64,000 nucleotides of DNA from Candidatus Nomurabacteria bacterium (GTDB lineage Bacteria > Patescibacteriota > Patescibacteriia > UBA1558 > GWA2-36-10): contig JACKFO010000002.1 of NCBI GenBank assembly GCA_020632415.1, positions 228,605 through 292,604 of the forward strand, written 5' to 3'. This document shows, piece after piece, positions 26,539 through 37,140 of the stretch (positions within the stretch are counted from its first letter, which is position 1; each line of letters begins with the position of its first letter). Both the position numbers and the translations under genes were made by a program. The notes under the pieces are model-generated. The model worked only from the letters and a program-made list of their open reading frames with translations. It was not told the DNA's origin and made no database searches.

Positions 26539-27443
26539 TGTCAAAAATAATATTTTGGGGAACGCCAGATTTTTCTTTAGCAAGTCTAAAGGCTCTAGAT
26601 CAATTAAAGCTAGTTAGTGCAGTTGTCACTCAAGCTGACAAGCCGGCTGGTCGTGGTAAAAAAATACAAATTTCACCAGTCAAACAATATGCTCTTGAGC
26701 ATGATCTTTTTATTTTTCAGCCAGAAGAATTTGATGAAAGATTTATCAATGAGTTGAAACAATTTTTGCCAGCAACTTTTGTTGTTGTGGCTTATGGTAA
26801 AATTATCCCCCAAAACATTTTAGATTTATCTGAAAAACCAGCCTTAAATATTCATCCTTCTCGCTTACCAATTTTAAGAGGTCCATCCCCAATTCAAACA
26901 GCTCTTTTAGAGGGGTTTTCTTCGACAGCGGTATCTTTAATGCAAATTGATCAAAAAATGGATCATGGGCCAATTTTGGGTCAAATTGAGGCTAAAATTG
27001 AGGCTGAAGACGACTATTTAAGCCTTAGTCAAAAACTCGCTGGACTTGGTGCTGAACTTTTGGCTAAAAATATCCTTGACTACTTAGCCGGAAATTCAGA
27101 GCCTCAAATACAAGATGATGATTCAGCCACAATTTGTAAATTAATCAAGAAAGAAGACGGAAAAATTTCTTGGCAAAAACCAGCAGAAGATATTTTGAAT
27201 CAAATCAGAGCTTTTGTTGCTTGGCCAGGTAGTTTTACTAAGTTAAAGGGTCTTGAATTTAAAATTCAAAAAGCAAAGATTAGCGATCAAAAACTTGCAC
27301 CCGAAGAAATAAAAATAGAAAAAGAAAAATTGTTTATTGGCACTCAAACTGAAGCTTTGCAAATTTTAGAATTACAGTTAGCTGGTAAAAAAACAATGTT
27401 GGCCGCTGATTTTATTCGTGGTTATCAAAATAAATTAAAATAA
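26538..27443 (+). CDS. fmt: Methionyl-tRNA formyltransferase
   Basis: 301 aa; IIFWGTPDF N-terminus, LNIHPSRLPILRGPSPIQ catalytic region; start overlaps def stop (TAATG). Confidence 0.85.
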   Translation: MSKIIFWGTPDFSLASLKALDQLKLVSAVVTQADKPAGRGKKIQISPVKQYALEHDLFIFQPEEFDERFINELKQFLPATFVVVAYGKIIPQNILDLSEKPALNIHPSRLPILRGPSPIQTALLEGFSSTAVSLMQIDQKMDHGPILGQIEAKIEAEDDYLSLSQKLAGLGAELLAKNILDYLAGNSEPQIQDDDSATICKLIKKEDGKISWQKPAEDILNQIRAFVAWPGSFTKLKGLEFKIQKAKISDQKLAPEEIKIEKEKLFIGTQTEALQILELQLAGKKTMLAADFIRGYQNKLK

Positions 27444-27479
27444 AAAACTCTCTAATTTTTAGAGAGTTTTTTATTTTTT
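27440..27479. terminator. Bidirectional rho-independent terminator
   Basis: AAAAAACTCTCTAAtttttTAGAGAGTTTTTTATTTTTT. Confidence 0.75.
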
Positions 27480-27846
27480 AGATTTCTTCGTATTTAATTC
27501 CAGATAATTCTGCTAAACGATCGGCTCTGCCCTGTTTGCTGTCAGATTTAACAGAATTTTCAACAATTCTTTTTGCATCAACCCATCTTTGTTCCCCGTA
27601 ATAGGCTCTAAATAATTCTCTTTCTCGATGATCAATCCAACGTTCATCATAATTTTCTGGTCTTTCAGTTTTAATCTTATTTAACCAAGTTTCAGCAAGT
27701 TCTAAATTTCCAGACTCTATTGCTTTTTGAAAAGAATTTGTGTCACGAATTTCTCCAAGTTCCTTTTGTTCATCTACTGGCATTTCTCCATCATATTTTT
27801 GACCGCTTTCTCCTTGTGGTGTTTTAAATCTCTCAAAAAAATTCAT
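27478..27846 (-). CDS. Hypothetical small acidic protein (122 aa)
   Basis: ORF only; no recognisable domains. Confidence 0.4.
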   Translation of the reverse strand: MNFFERFKTPQGESGQKYDGEMPVDEQKELGEIRDTNSFQKAIESGNLELAETWLNKIKTERPENYDERWIDHRERELFRAYYGEQRWVDAKRIVENSVKSDSKQGRADRLAELSGIKYEEI

Positions 27847-27864
27847 AAATTTATTGTTAAATAA

Positions 27865-29400
27865 TTATCTTAATAATTCCTGAGCTTTTTTTAGTTGCAA
27901 GTCATTAGATTTGTTATTTTTTATTTCATAATCTGGGCTAATTCCAGAGCCTTGAATCGAATTTCCTTGAGCATCCAGCCATTCAAAGACGGTATATTTC
28001 AAAGCTGAACCATCGCTAAATTGATAAATTCCCTGGCCAGTTCCTTTACCGAAGCTTTGCTTGCCAACTGTTTTGATATTTTTATTTATCTTTAAAGCTG
28101 AAGTGACGATTTCTGAAGCCGAAGCTGTTCCAGAATTAGTCAAAACAACAGTCGGTAAATTGAGATCAGCCTGAGCATGATCATGATAAAGTTGACTATA
28201 GCTTGGATATTTTTCTTCTAAAATCAAATCCCCTTCATCAAGCCAATGTCCAGCTAAATTAATAGCTTCACTAGTGTAGCCTCCGGGGTTGTTTCTTAAA
28301 TCCAGAATTATTCCTCTAGTTTGATTGTTAACTAACTGGTCTTTTAATTTTATAAAATCTTGGTTTAGTCCCAAAGCAAAAATATTTATTTTAAAATAAA
28401 CAAGATTATTATCTAATATTTTTCCTGTAATATTTGGCAAAACAACTTTTTCTCGAATAATCTTGACTTCAAAAGTTCTGTTTTCTTCTGGGCGATAAAT
28501 CAATAATTTTACTTCGCTACCAGCTTTTCCTTTGATGTAGCTGATGGCTTGGTCTAAAGTCAAACCATTTAAGTCTTTGTTATTTGCTTTTAAAATTTGA
28601 TCTTCCGGTTCAAGGCCAGCTCTTTCTGCTGGTGAATCAGCTAAAGGTGAAATTACCACTACTTTAGAATCAATCAAATCGACCATGGCGCCAATTCCTT
28701 CAACTGCTCCTTCCAAGCGATTATCAAAATCTTCTTTGTTTTGAGGGCTAAAAAATTCTGTATAAGGATCATCTAAGCTTTGCGCCAAACCTTTTAGTGA
28801 GCCATAAAACAAAGTTTTATTGTCAGCTTGTTCAGTTTTATAGTATTGATTTTGTAGAATATCCCAAACTTTCCAATAATTAGCAAAATCTATTTCTGTT
28901 TCGATGTTAGCTAAAAATTTTGGATTTTTGGTTTCGGGAATATCTTTTAATTTGTCACTAGAAATATCTAAGGCTAATGTTTTAGCTGTTTCAAAGCCAA
29001 TTTGGCCATTGTCTATTTTATAACGAAAATCATCAAGCGGATTGATGTACCAAGCCTCGCCATTTTCTTCAATTTGCAAAACTATCTGTCCGCTTAATTG
29101 GTGACTTAAATTATAATCAGCATTCAAACTTTCGCTACTAGTAGCGAGTTTTTTTAATTCTTGGTTACTAATTCCTTGACCAAAAGTGTTTAAAAGTCTA
29201 GTAATACTAACCCCGTCTTTTAAAAGATATTTTTCTGAAGCATCACGGTTGATGTACCATAATCTTTGTTCAAAATTTAGATCTTCAAAAACAAAATTAC
29301 CAGCATAACGTTTTTGAATTTGATCATTAGTGCTGGCATGGATATTTTGTCCGATTGAAAAGCTGATTAATAAAATGGTAAAAATAAAGAGTTTCTTCAT
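27865..29400 (-). CDS. Carboxyl-terminal processing peptidase, S41 family (PDZ plus S41 catalytic domain), long N-terminal extension
   Basis: 511 aa; signal peptide; S41 motifs LVLTNSGTASASEIV and GKQSFGKGTGQ. Confidence 0.75.
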   Translation of the reverse strand: MKKLFIFTILLISFSIGQNIHASTNDQIQKRYAGNFVFEDLNFEQRLWYINRDASEKYLLKDGVSITRLLNTFGQGISNQELKKLATSSESLNADYNLSHQLSGQIVLQIEENGEAWYINPLDDFRYKIDNGQIGFETAKTLALDISSDKLKDIPETKNPKFLANIETEIDFANYWKVWDILQNQYYKTEQADNKTLFYGSLKGLAQSLDDPYTEFFSPQNKEDFDNRLEGAVEGIGAMVDLIDSKVVVISPLADSPAERAGLEPEDQILKANNKDLNGLTLDQAISYIKGKAGSEVKLLIYRPEENRTFEVKIIREKVVLPNITGKILDNNLVYFKINIFALGLNQDFIKLKDQLVNNQTRGIILDLRNNPGGYTSEAINLAGHWLDEGDLILEEKYPSYSQLYHDHAQADLNLPTVVLTNSGTASASEIVTSALKINKNIKTVGKQSFGKGTGQGIYQFSDGSALKYTVFEWLDAQGNSIQGSGISPDYEIKNNKSNDLQLKKAQELLR

Positions 29401-29410
29401 ATTTTAAAAA

Positions 29411-30913
29411 TTAATTTTTTTTCGTAACATTAAAGCCCATGTACTTACCAAGCATCAAGCGAGTTTGAGCATCTACGGCTGGAATTGAACCAAAAATAAT
29501 CATGGTCAAGGGAAAAACTACCCATTGCAATAATACTAAAGTATAACGAGCAAGTTTAAATTTTTTGTACTCTTTTTTATCTGGCATTGGCGGCAAGATA
29601 ACAATGCTCATGATGGCAATGATTAACAGACCAAACATTCCAGAAGTCATTAAGGTTTGTAAAACCAACGGCGCATTTTGAGTTAAAGCGTTAGTTGTTC
29701 CTTTAAGCTCAGCTACGTATAAAGGTAATTGACCCATGATTAAGATGATAATCGGCGCCGTAGCCCAAGAATAGACTCCTTCGGTTTGATTCCAGATGTA
29801 AATAATCTTTTTCTTTAAAGGTATTTTTTTCTTTTTTGAAAAACGCCAAACCATATAAGGAAAATGTTCAACTCCCCAGGCCCAACGACGCATTTGTTTG
29901 TATTGGTTGACCATGCTTTTCCAAAAAGGACCAATATACGGAGAATTCATTGATACTGGAATATGCATTGGTTCAGTTTGGTAATTCCCATCGTATTTGA
30001 TAAAGCATTGTAAAAATATTCGAGAATCTTCAGTGACGATATTATTTTGCCAAAAACCAACATCAACCAAGGCTTGCCAACTCATGCTGTGTGAAGAAAA
30101 GGTAAAAAGTCGATCTGGTCTAGCCAGGTCGGTTAATAACCAAAAAGTTGTAGAATTAGCCACTACCTTGGTAAAAGGATCTGATCCCCAGACATTGTTA
30201 TGGTAAAAAGCCATTGGCTGGAAACTGGTTTGATAAGGATTTTTGTGAGATAAAAATTTATGAGTTAAATAAGCAAAATATTCCGGATGAGTGATGGTGT
30301 CAACATCAAAAGCAGAAACGATTAATTTTTTGTAATCAAAATCATTTTGATCAACATATTTTTTGATCTGACGACCCATGTGATAAAGATTAGCCCCCTT
30401 ACCTCTTAGTTCTCCTGGTAAATCCTTTGGATGTAGAGTGACTAAAATTTTATAAAACACGCTAGAATATTTTTCTTCTATTTTTCTTCTGATTGGTTCA
30501 AAATGATCTTTAAGGCCCTCTTCTCCACCTAAAATAATAATCATTTTTTTATGATCGTATTTTGATTTTGCTAGGTTGCTAAAAGTTCGGTCAACCACTT
30601 CAAATGGTTCGCCGGCAGTTGGTAAAAATATCAAATGATAATATTCTTGCCATTTTAGCTGGTTGTGTTGTAAAAAATTCCACCAATCAGTTTTGATTGT
30701 TTTGCGGTATTTAAACCAAGAGATCAAAAGAAAAATTGATAAATAAGCGATCCTTAAAATCCAATAAACATCAAAAGCAATGATGACGTAAATTCCCAAC
30801 AAAGGATTAATAATCGAAACTGTAATTGCAAAAATAAAAGTAGCCCAAACCAAAAATCCAGGGATAATTTCTAAGCCTCTATATAAATAGTAATCTCTTT
30901 GTTTCTTAGTCAT
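29411..30913 (-). CDS. Membrane-embedded processive GT2 glycosyltransferase (cellulose/chitin/hyaluronan-synthase-like, QxxRW)
   Basis: 500 aa; N- and C-terminal TM helices, DxD-type FDVDT, QxxRW motif QYKQMRRWAWG. Confidence 0.7.
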   Translation of the reverse strand: MTKKQRDYYLYRGLEIIPGFLVWATFIFAITVSIINPLLGIYVIIAFDVYWILRIAYLSIFLLISWFKYRKTIKTDWWNFLQHNQLKWQEYYHLIFLPTAGEPFEVVDRTFSNLAKSKYDHKKMIIILGGEEGLKDHFEPIRRKIEEKYSSVFYKILVTLHPKDLPGELRGKGANLYHMGRQIKKYVDQNDFDYKKLIVSAFDVDTITHPEYFAYLTHKFLSHKNPYQTSFQPMAFYHNNVWGSDPFTKVVANSTTFWLLTDLARPDRLFTFSSHSMSWQALVDVGFWQNNIVTEDSRIFLQCFIKYDGNYQTEPMHIPVSMNSPYIGPFWKSMVNQYKQMRRWAWGVEHFPYMVWRFSKKKKIPLKKKIIYIWNQTEGVYSWATAPIIILIMGQLPLYVAELKGTTNALTQNAPLVLQTLMTSGMFGLLIIAIMSIVILPPMPDKKEYKKFKLARYTLVLLQWVVFPLTMIIFGSIPAVDAQTRLMLGKYMGFNVTKKN

Positions 30914-32009
30914 TTAGCTGGTATTTTTCTGCTTCAAGGCCAACGGCTTGATTTAAATGTTTAAAATTATTTTTGATCAATAACTGATCTAGTTCACGGT
31001 TAATTTTTTTGACGGACAAAGGGCCGCCGTAGATAAAGCCAGTGCCAATTTGGACTAAATTTGCTCCAGCCTTGATTTTATCATAAGCATCTTGACCTGA
31101 AAAGACTCCGCCAACACCAATGATTTTATACTTATTTTCACTATTTTTGTAAAGATAGGCAATGATTTTATTAGCTTGTTCAGCGATTGGCTGGCCAGAT
31201 ACACCGCCAGGTTTATTTTTGTGCTCAGATAAAAGCGTTAATCTTTCCCGGTTTTTTGCTAAGTTGGTGGCAACGATGGCATCTATTTTATATTTTTTGA
31301 CTAAATAAATAAGATCATCTAATTCTTTTTGGTTTAAGTCATTGCCAATTTTTAGCCATAGCGGCTTATGATTTTTATTAATTTCTGTAATTTTTGCTAA
31401 AATTGGTTCTAGTAAACTAGCTTCTTGTAGACCACAAAAATTAGCTACATTGGGACAACTTAGATTAATGGTGATTATTTCAGCGTATGGTTCTAAAATT
31501 TGGAAACTTTTTTCATAATCAGCGGCAGCATTTTCTAGGGCCGCTTCATTTGATTTGGCAATACTGATCGACCAAAGCCCTTTTTTCTTGAATTTAGCTT
31601 GATCTTTTTTTATTTTTTCAGCTACCGCATTTGCGCCAATATTTGATAAACCATAGTAAACCAAAAGTCCTTTATCTTTTACTAGTCTCCATAAACGAGG
31701 CTTGGCATTTCCAGTTTGCGCTTGATAGGTCACGGATCCTAATTGGGCCCAGCCAAAATTAAAAGCTCCCCAGACCAAAGATAACTTAGCATTTTTATCT
31801 AAGCCAGCAGTTAGACCAATGGGGTTTCTAAAGTATAAGCCAAACAGTTTTTGTTTTAAGCGTGGTGAAGTATAATTACAAAACTTAAAAACTAAATGAT
31901 TTAAGCTTTTTGATTTGTTAAAAATAGTTAATAAAGAAAAAGTAAGATTATGGATGGTTTCGGGATTAAATAAAAATAGAATCGGCCTAATGATTTTTTC
32001 GTAAAACAT
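30906..32009 (-). CDS. pyrD: Dihydroorotate dehydrogenase (quinone), class 2
   Basis: 367 aa; aligns end-to-end with E. coli PyrD (GLTAGLDKN, NAKPRLWRLV, INLSCPN, GGVSGQP, IGVGGV, VQIGTGFIYGGP); N-terminal membrane-association helix. Confidence 0.85.
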   Translation of the reverse strand: MFYEKIIRPILFLFNPETIHNLTFSLLTIFNKSKSLNHLVFKFCNYTSPRLKQKLFGLYFRNPIGLTAGLDKNAKLSLVWGAFNFGWAQLGSVTYQAQTGNAKPRLWRLVKDKGLLVYYGLSNIGANAVAEKIKKDQAKFKKKGLWSISIAKSNEAALENAAADYEKSFQILEPYAEIITINLSCPNVANFCGLQEASLLEPILAKITEINKNHKPLWLKIGNDLNQKELDDLIYLVKKYKIDAIVATNLAKNRERLTLLSEHKNKPGGVSGQPIAEQANKIIAYLYKNSENKYKIIGVGGVFSGQDAYDKIKAGANLVQIGTGFIYGGPLSVKKINRELDQLLIKNNFKHLNQAVGLEAEKYQLND

Positions 32010-32070
32010 GGTTTTTGTTAGTTAGTATTAGCCAGCATAGCTGTTTTTTTTAATCTAGGCAAGCCTTGTT

Positions 32071-33030
32071 TTAAGGAATTAATTCACTCCAAAAACAATT
32101 GGCAATGTCATTATTACAGGTATATCTGACTTTGCGCGTTGCTTTGCTGCTACTAGCCGTTGTTTCAATGTTTGAGTTGCATTCTAAGTCTTCGCCACAA
32201 CCTTCCGGCAAAGGCGTAATTATTAAGTTTGAATCATCAAAACTAAACATAAAACCAGAATCAACTGTGTGTCTTTCAGCGAAATACAGCTCCACTACAT
32301 TATCTCCAGCACTTAAAAATATATCACCGGTTTTAGTAAATGAAGCGTGAGTTCCGCTATTATTAACGACTACTATGCCATCAACCAAAACCCAAGAATC
32401 ATCGTCAGAAGCAAGCGCATACGCGTAGTCACCATCGCTTGGAGCACTTACTCTGGCTCGCCAATGGTTTCCAAAAAAATAATCATTAGCATAACCCTCT
32501 TTATCTTCCCAGATTGTTCCATCATAAGGAAACCAAGTATGTAGATCAAAAATTACGTTAGCGTCTATTTGCTCGTGAGTTTTATAAATATCATCATACC
32601 AATCATGTTGCGTTGGGGTGGCTGTCGGACCCGGATAAGGATCGACTTGCATGTCAGGGTGACTCGAAGAATAGTTAAAATATTCCCCCCACCAACCACT
32701 ATCTGGTACAAATTGACATTCCACTGGCGGTGTACAAGCGCCACTTTCTGATTCAACAAATTCGCTGTCAATATTAGAATTATTAATTATAAGGTTATCA
32801 AAAGTCAGATTATTTGGATCATGACGAATTTGTAGCAAAGCTTCTTGAGCGCCAACTTCAGCGTTGTAAAAATTTTCTATTGTTTGAGAAAAAGATTTTA
32901 AAGAAGCCTTATTATTTAGAGCAATAATTGTCGTTGACAAAACAATGGACATTAAACCAGTAGCCACAATCATTGCCGCTATTAAGGCCGCGGCTCCTTG
33001 TTTATTTTTTGTGATTTTTTTTAGCTGCAT
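32071..33030 (-). CDS. PA14-domain protein with N-terminal hydrophobic anchor (putative pilus-associated adhesin)
   Basis: 319 aa; N-terminal TM ALIAAMIVATGLMSIVL; C-terminal PA14-like segment GDYAYALASDDDSWVLVDGIVVV..GDIFLSAGDNVVELYFAERH. Confidence 0.55.
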   Translation of the reverse strand: MQLKKITKNKQGAAALIAAMIVATGLMSIVLSTTIIALNNKASLKSFSQTIENFYNAEVGAQEALLQIRHDPNNLTFDNLIINNSNIDSEFVESESGACTPPVECQFVPDSGWWGEYFNYSSSHPDMQVDPYPGPTATPTQHDWYDDIYKTHEQIDANVIFDLHTWFPYDGTIWEDKEGYANDYFFGNHWRARVSAPSDGDYAYALASDDDSWVLVDGIVVVNNSGTHASFTKTGDIFLSAGDNVVELYFAERHTVDSGFMFSFDDSNLIITPLPEGCGEDLECNSNIETTASSSKATRKVRYTCNNDIANCFWSELIP

Positions 33031-33036
33031 TATTTT

Positions 33037-33561
33037 TTAACGAATGCTGATAAAAGTTTCGAAATCCTGGTTTAAATAGTTATAAACATCTTCTGGTGCT
33101 CCGATGCTTAGATTAAAATTAATCAGAATTCCTTTGTTAAGATTTCCTTGCCAATCGGATACTGGAGTCAAAATAAAATTATTTACCTCCACTCTTTCAG
33201 AATTAAGAACATTTTCAAGTGCTTGGCCACCGCCAACATTAGGAATTTCTCTATAAATTAAGTTATTATCTTCTACAACAAAAACAAAATCTTCTCCTGC
33301 TTCGGAATAAAAAATTATTTGTTCTGAGTCGGGTCTAACATCATCAAAAACATTTACGCTGTGAATTTTATTACTAACTTGATTCATAATAAAACGAGCG
33401 TCATTGTAAACCAAATCAGAAGTTTTTAGTTTTTTACGAATATTAAAATTAGCCATGATTAAGCTACTGATTGTAGTCAAAAGCATTGCTGTAATAAAAA
33501 TATAGACCAATGTTTCAATTAGACTAAAAGCTTTTTGGTTGTTTTTTCTTTTTAAAATCAT
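33037..33561 (-). CDS. Type IV pilin-like protein / pseudopilin (prepilin-type N-terminal cleavage/methylation domain)
   Basis: 174 aa; class III signal KAFSLIETLVYIFI. Confidence 0.7.
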   Translation of the reverse strand: MILKRKNNQKAFSLIETLVYIFITAMLLTTISSLIMANFNIRKKLKTSDLVYNDARFIMNQVSNKIHSVNVFDDVRPDSEQIIFYSEAGEDFVFVVEDNNLIYREIPNVGGGQALENVLNSERVEVNNFILTPVSDWQGNLNKGILINFNLSIGAPEDVYNYLNQDFETFISIR

Positions 33562-35456
33562 GGATAAGTAGAATAACTAATCGTCACTTCTTCTAGCGTT
33601 GGTGCTTGTAAATTTGCTTGACTATCTAAAAATAACTTATAACGAAAATATCTTTGATTTAAATGAGCATTATAATTTATTAGCTCTCCAGCAGCGTCAG
33701 AATAATAAGAACTACTACTGCCATCTGGACCTAAATAATTCCAAGGTCCATTAACATTGTTACTGGTGGCAATTTGAAATTTAATATCTGTGTTTCCTGG
33801 TTCTGAACCAGACCAAGAAATCCAATTATAAGTTACTTCGTTGGATCCAGTATCAAAAGTAGAAGATTCAAGTTCACCGTTAGAAGCATAACCACAATCT
33901 GAAACCTCGGTGGAAATAATAAAAAATTCACTACTATTACTACTAGTTGCGGCATAGATTACAGCGCAGTTAGCTGACATACCTAAAACATTTCCACTTA
34001 AATCAAAGCTAGAAACTTCACTGATGCTGCTAGGAAAACTAACGTCAATTACATTTAATTCAGAATTTAAAAAATTTGTTCCCAATAAAGCGTAAGGACC
34101 AACAATGGCGAAAGAATGAATTTTTTCACCAGCCTCATAAGATCCGATGAATACTGGATCTGTTGGATCAGAAATTTCAAAAATAAAGAATTCTGCTCCA
34201 GAGCCATTATTTTCTGTAGAGATGTAAGCTCTGGTTCCCCTGACAAAAACATCAGTGCCTTTTAATGACCCAGGTAGATTATAGCCACCGATAATTTGTA
34301 AATTAGCTGGATTTGTCACATCAACAATTTGTAATTCTTGGCTACTATCTTCAGTTGCTACATAAACATTGTTTCCTGATAGATACAATTCTTTGGTCTG
34401 ACTATTTAAACTAATTTTATCCAACATTTGCGGATCAGTAGGATCAGAAATATTAAAAGAATGCAAATCATCTTCTTGTAAAATATATAATTCTGTTTCA
34501 TTCACTACTAAATCAGAAGCATTTTCATTGCCAGATAAATCAATGCTAGCAACAATATATGGGCTATGAGGATTAGAAATATCAATTACTCTTAACTCAG
34601 CATCATTTTTTTTGGTTGAAAGATAAGCGTAATCACCTTGGGCAACGACCGAGGTCACTGAGCTTCCTATATTTAAAGAGGCTATTTGGTAGGGATTATG
34701 AATATCGCTAACATCTAAGATGTAAAATTCAGAACCAGAAGAATTATTTTCAGTGACTAAATAAGCCAAGTTATTTAATTCATAAACATCGTTTTCATCA
34801 AAATTTCCCGGTAAGTCAAAATTAGCCGTCGTCGTTGCTTGATTCCAGTCTAAAAATCCAGAAAGCAAGGTAATAATTCCTGGAACAGTGGTATCTAAAC
34901 CACCGCTTTGGTTAAAAAATCTAGTTTCATCAGACCATTCACTTTGTCCAGAGCCGCCAATCCAGTCACTTTGACTGAAGCGATCTGCTTGCCAACGACT
35001 AAGATAAGTTTCTAAAGTAACATTTTTTTCATCAGCTCCGCTTAACCAGGAAATGGTAATTGTTATTTTTTTACTATCAGGATCGACAAAACCACTTTCG
35101 ACAATCTCGCCAAAAACATGCCCATTTTCACTACTTGCTCTTTCTACGGGAGCAATATTAATTGTTCTGGTATATTTTTCTTCTAATAATTCGCTGTTTG
35201 CAACTAAATTCCAAGCATTAGAAGCTAATTCTAAATGCCAGTCTCCATTATTTAATTCTGTCCAATCAACTAATTTGATCGCTTCTAAACTTTCGGCAGC
35301 ATAAAAGTAAGCTTTTGTTTTGTTTTCGTTTAATTTCCAGATCTCGGAATTAAAAACGTTCATCGTCAAAATAACTGAAATAATCACGGCGATAAAAGAA
35401 ATTGCTACTAGCAATTCAATTAATGAAAAACCATTTTTTTCTTTTTGAAGAATCAT
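33558..35456 (-). CDS. Large pilin-like protein: prepilin-type N-terminus fused to LVIVD-repeat beta-propeller
   Basis: 632 aa; NGFSLIELLVAISF prepilin signal; repeated motifs ELRVIDISNP, ELQIVDVTNP, EFFIFEISDP, ELNVIDVSFP, EFYILDVSDIHNP. Confidence 0.65.
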   Translation of the reverse strand: MILQKEKNGFSLIELLVAISFIAVIISVILTMNVFNSEIWKLNENKTKAYFYAAESLEAIKLVDWTELNNGDWHLELASNAWNLVANSELLEEKYTRTINIAPVERASSENGHVFGEIVESGFVDPDSKKITITISWLSGADEKNVTLETYLSRWQADRFSQSDWIGGSGQSEWSDETRFFNQSGGLDTTVPGIITLLSGFLDWNQATTTANFDLPGNFDENDVYELNNLAYLVTENNSSGSEFYILDVSDIHNPYQIASLNIGSSVTSVVAQGDYAYLSTKKNDAELRVIDISNPHSPYIVASIDLSGNENASDLVVNETELYILQEDDLHSFNISDPTDPQMLDKISLNSQTKELYLSGNNVYVATEDSSQELQIVDVTNPANLQIIGGYNLPGSLKGTDVFVRGTRAYISTENNGSGAEFFIFEISDPTDPVFIGSYEAGEKIHSFAIVGPYALLGTNFLNSELNVIDVSFPSSISEVSSFDLSGNVLGMSANCAVIYAATSSNSSEFFIISTEVSDCGYASNGELESSTFDTGSNEVTYNWISWSGSEPGNTDIKFQIATSNNVNGPWNYLGPDGSSSSYYSDAAGELINYNAHLNQRYFRYKLFLDSQANLQAPTLEEVTISYSTYP

Positions 35457-35935
35457 TAATTTATTTTCCCCCCATTTTCGATATTGATAAATCTTTTTAC
35501 TTCTGGATTATTTTTATAGATTAGCTCTACTGTTCCGGTATTCGCTGTTTCTCCGCTAAATTTTGTAAAAATTAAATCTGGACTAAAACCACCAATACCG
35601 TCTGATAAACTATTTTCTGGATTTGAAATTAAAGCATTTTTTAGCTCGATTAGTTCATTTTCTTCTGCTAATTCATTGTAGCTATTGCCGCTAAAAATTA
35701 TGTAAGCATTTTCTTCTAAGTGTATGCCCCAATTTTTTTCGTTTTCAGCCGAAATAGCTGCCTGTCTAACTTCGATAATTTTACTTTTAAACTCATCAAC
35801 TTGATTAATTAACAAGACACTACTTTTCCACTGAAAAAAAATAGAATAAGCCATTCCAGTGATAATTCCAGCGATGGCCATGGTTACGATAATTTCAATA
35901 AAAGTTATGCCTTTGTTATTCATTTTATTCACCAA
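35456..35935 (-). CDS. Type IV pilin-like protein / pseudopilin
   Basis: 159 aa; prepilin signal KGITFIEIIVTMAIAGI. Confidence 0.7.
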   Translation of the reverse strand: MVNKMNNKGITFIEIIVTMAIAGIITGMAYSIFFQWKSSVLLINQVDEFKSKIIEVRQAAISAENEKNWGIHLEENAYIIFSGNSYNELAEENELIELKNALISNPENSLSDGIGGFSPDLIFTKFSGETANTGTVELIYKNNPEVKRFINIENGGKIN

Positions 35936-37133
35936 AGCTTAAAGTAAGCTCATACATTGGTCCGATGACCGAGATTGCGATAAAGCCAACCGCTAGACCA
36001 ACCAAAATTAATAAAACCGGCTCAATAATACTCGATAAATTAGCCAAGACATTATCAACTCTTTCTTGATAATAGTCGGCAATTTTTTTTAAAATATCGT
36101 CTAATTCTCCAGTTTTTTCGCCAATCTGGCACAACTGAACGGTCAAGGAAGGAAATAATTTTGGCCTTTGAGTCATTGCTTCAGCTAAAGAAACGCCCTT
36201 TGCCAGCTCAGTGGATATTTCTTGTACTACTTTACGATAGTAAAGATTATTTAAAGTCTTGGCAACAATCTCAAAAGCTTTGACAATTGATAGTCCCGAA
36301 ACTAACAAGGCATTTAGATTTCCAGCAAATCTGGTCAAAGACAATTCTTTGATTAGATTCCCAACAAAAGGAATTTTTAGCAAAAATTTATGCAAAGACA
36401 ATTTTGGTTTTTTTAATTTAAAAATAAAAAATAAACATATTAAAAAAATAAAAAAAGCAATCAAGACAAAGCCGCCATAGTTTTCCATGATATCAATGAC
36501 CGCTCGAATAGCTCGCAAAACAAAAGGCAATTCTATTCCTCCGTCTTCAAAAATACTTACTAGTTGTGGAAAAACAAATAAGGCCAAAAAAATGCTGACG
36601 CCCAATAAAGCAATTAAGACGATTACTGGATACATCATCGCACCAATTACCTTGCTACGTAGTTTTTTTTGAGCCTTTAAGATACTTGCTAAATTACCAA
36701 GGGCATCAGCAAGCATTCCGGTGTTTTCTCCGACCTCTACTGTAGCAATGATCATCTCTGGAAAGACGTCTGGGTATTCTTTCATGCTAACTGATAACAA
36801 CTGTCCGTTTTCAACGCGATCTCTTAGATGAGTGATTACTTTTTGTAAATATTTATTTTTAGTTTCTTTAGCTAAAGTTTCTAAAGCCGGTGTTAGGGCA
36901 AGCCCCGCTTTAAGCATAGTCGATAAGTTATCTAAAAAAAACATTTTTCCAGTAAGATTGACTTTGCCCGTGCGGAATTTAAAAAAATTTTTCTTTTTCG
37001 CCTTTTTTTCTTTAGTAACAAAACTTTCTTTGATTGATTGCGTTTCTTTTTTGACAGGAACCTCTTCTTTAGAAAGAATTTCTTCGCTCGGTTTTGGGGT
37101 ATTATTTAATTGGTTATTTCCCAAATATTTCAT
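35925..37133 (-). CDS. pilC: Type IV pilus assembly / type II secretion platform protein PilC/GspF
   Basis: 402 aa; two GspF-type repeats and three TM segments; Lys-rich N-terminal extension. Confidence 0.8.
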   Translation of the reverse strand: MKYLGNNQLNNTPKPSEEILSKEEVPVKKETQSIKESFVTKEKKAKKKNFFKFRTGKVNLTGKMFFLDNLSTMLKAGLALTPALETLAKETKNKYLQKVITHLRDRVENGQLLSVSMKEYPDVFPEMIIATVEVGENTGMLADALGNLASILKAQKKLRSKVIGAMMYPVIVLIALLGVSIFLALFVFPQLVSIFEDGGIELPFVLRAIRAVIDIMENYGGFVLIAFFIFLICLFFIFKLKKPKLSLHKFLLKIPFVGNLIKELSLTRFAGNLNALLVSGLSIVKAFEIVAKTLNNLYYRKVVQEISTELAKGVSLAEAMTQRPKLFPSLTVQLCQIGEKTGELDDILKKIADYYQERVDNVLANLSSIIEPVLLILVGLAVGFIAISVIGPMYELTLSFGE

Positions 37134-37140
37134 ATTTATT

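Noticed and set aside
32071-33030. PA14 protein as a fourth true pilin
   Set aside because: Its N-terminus is hydrophobic but lacks the G-F-[TS]-L-[IL]-E prepilin cleavage motif present in the three neighbouring pilins. It is called a PA14 adhesin-like protein with an anchor, not a pilin.
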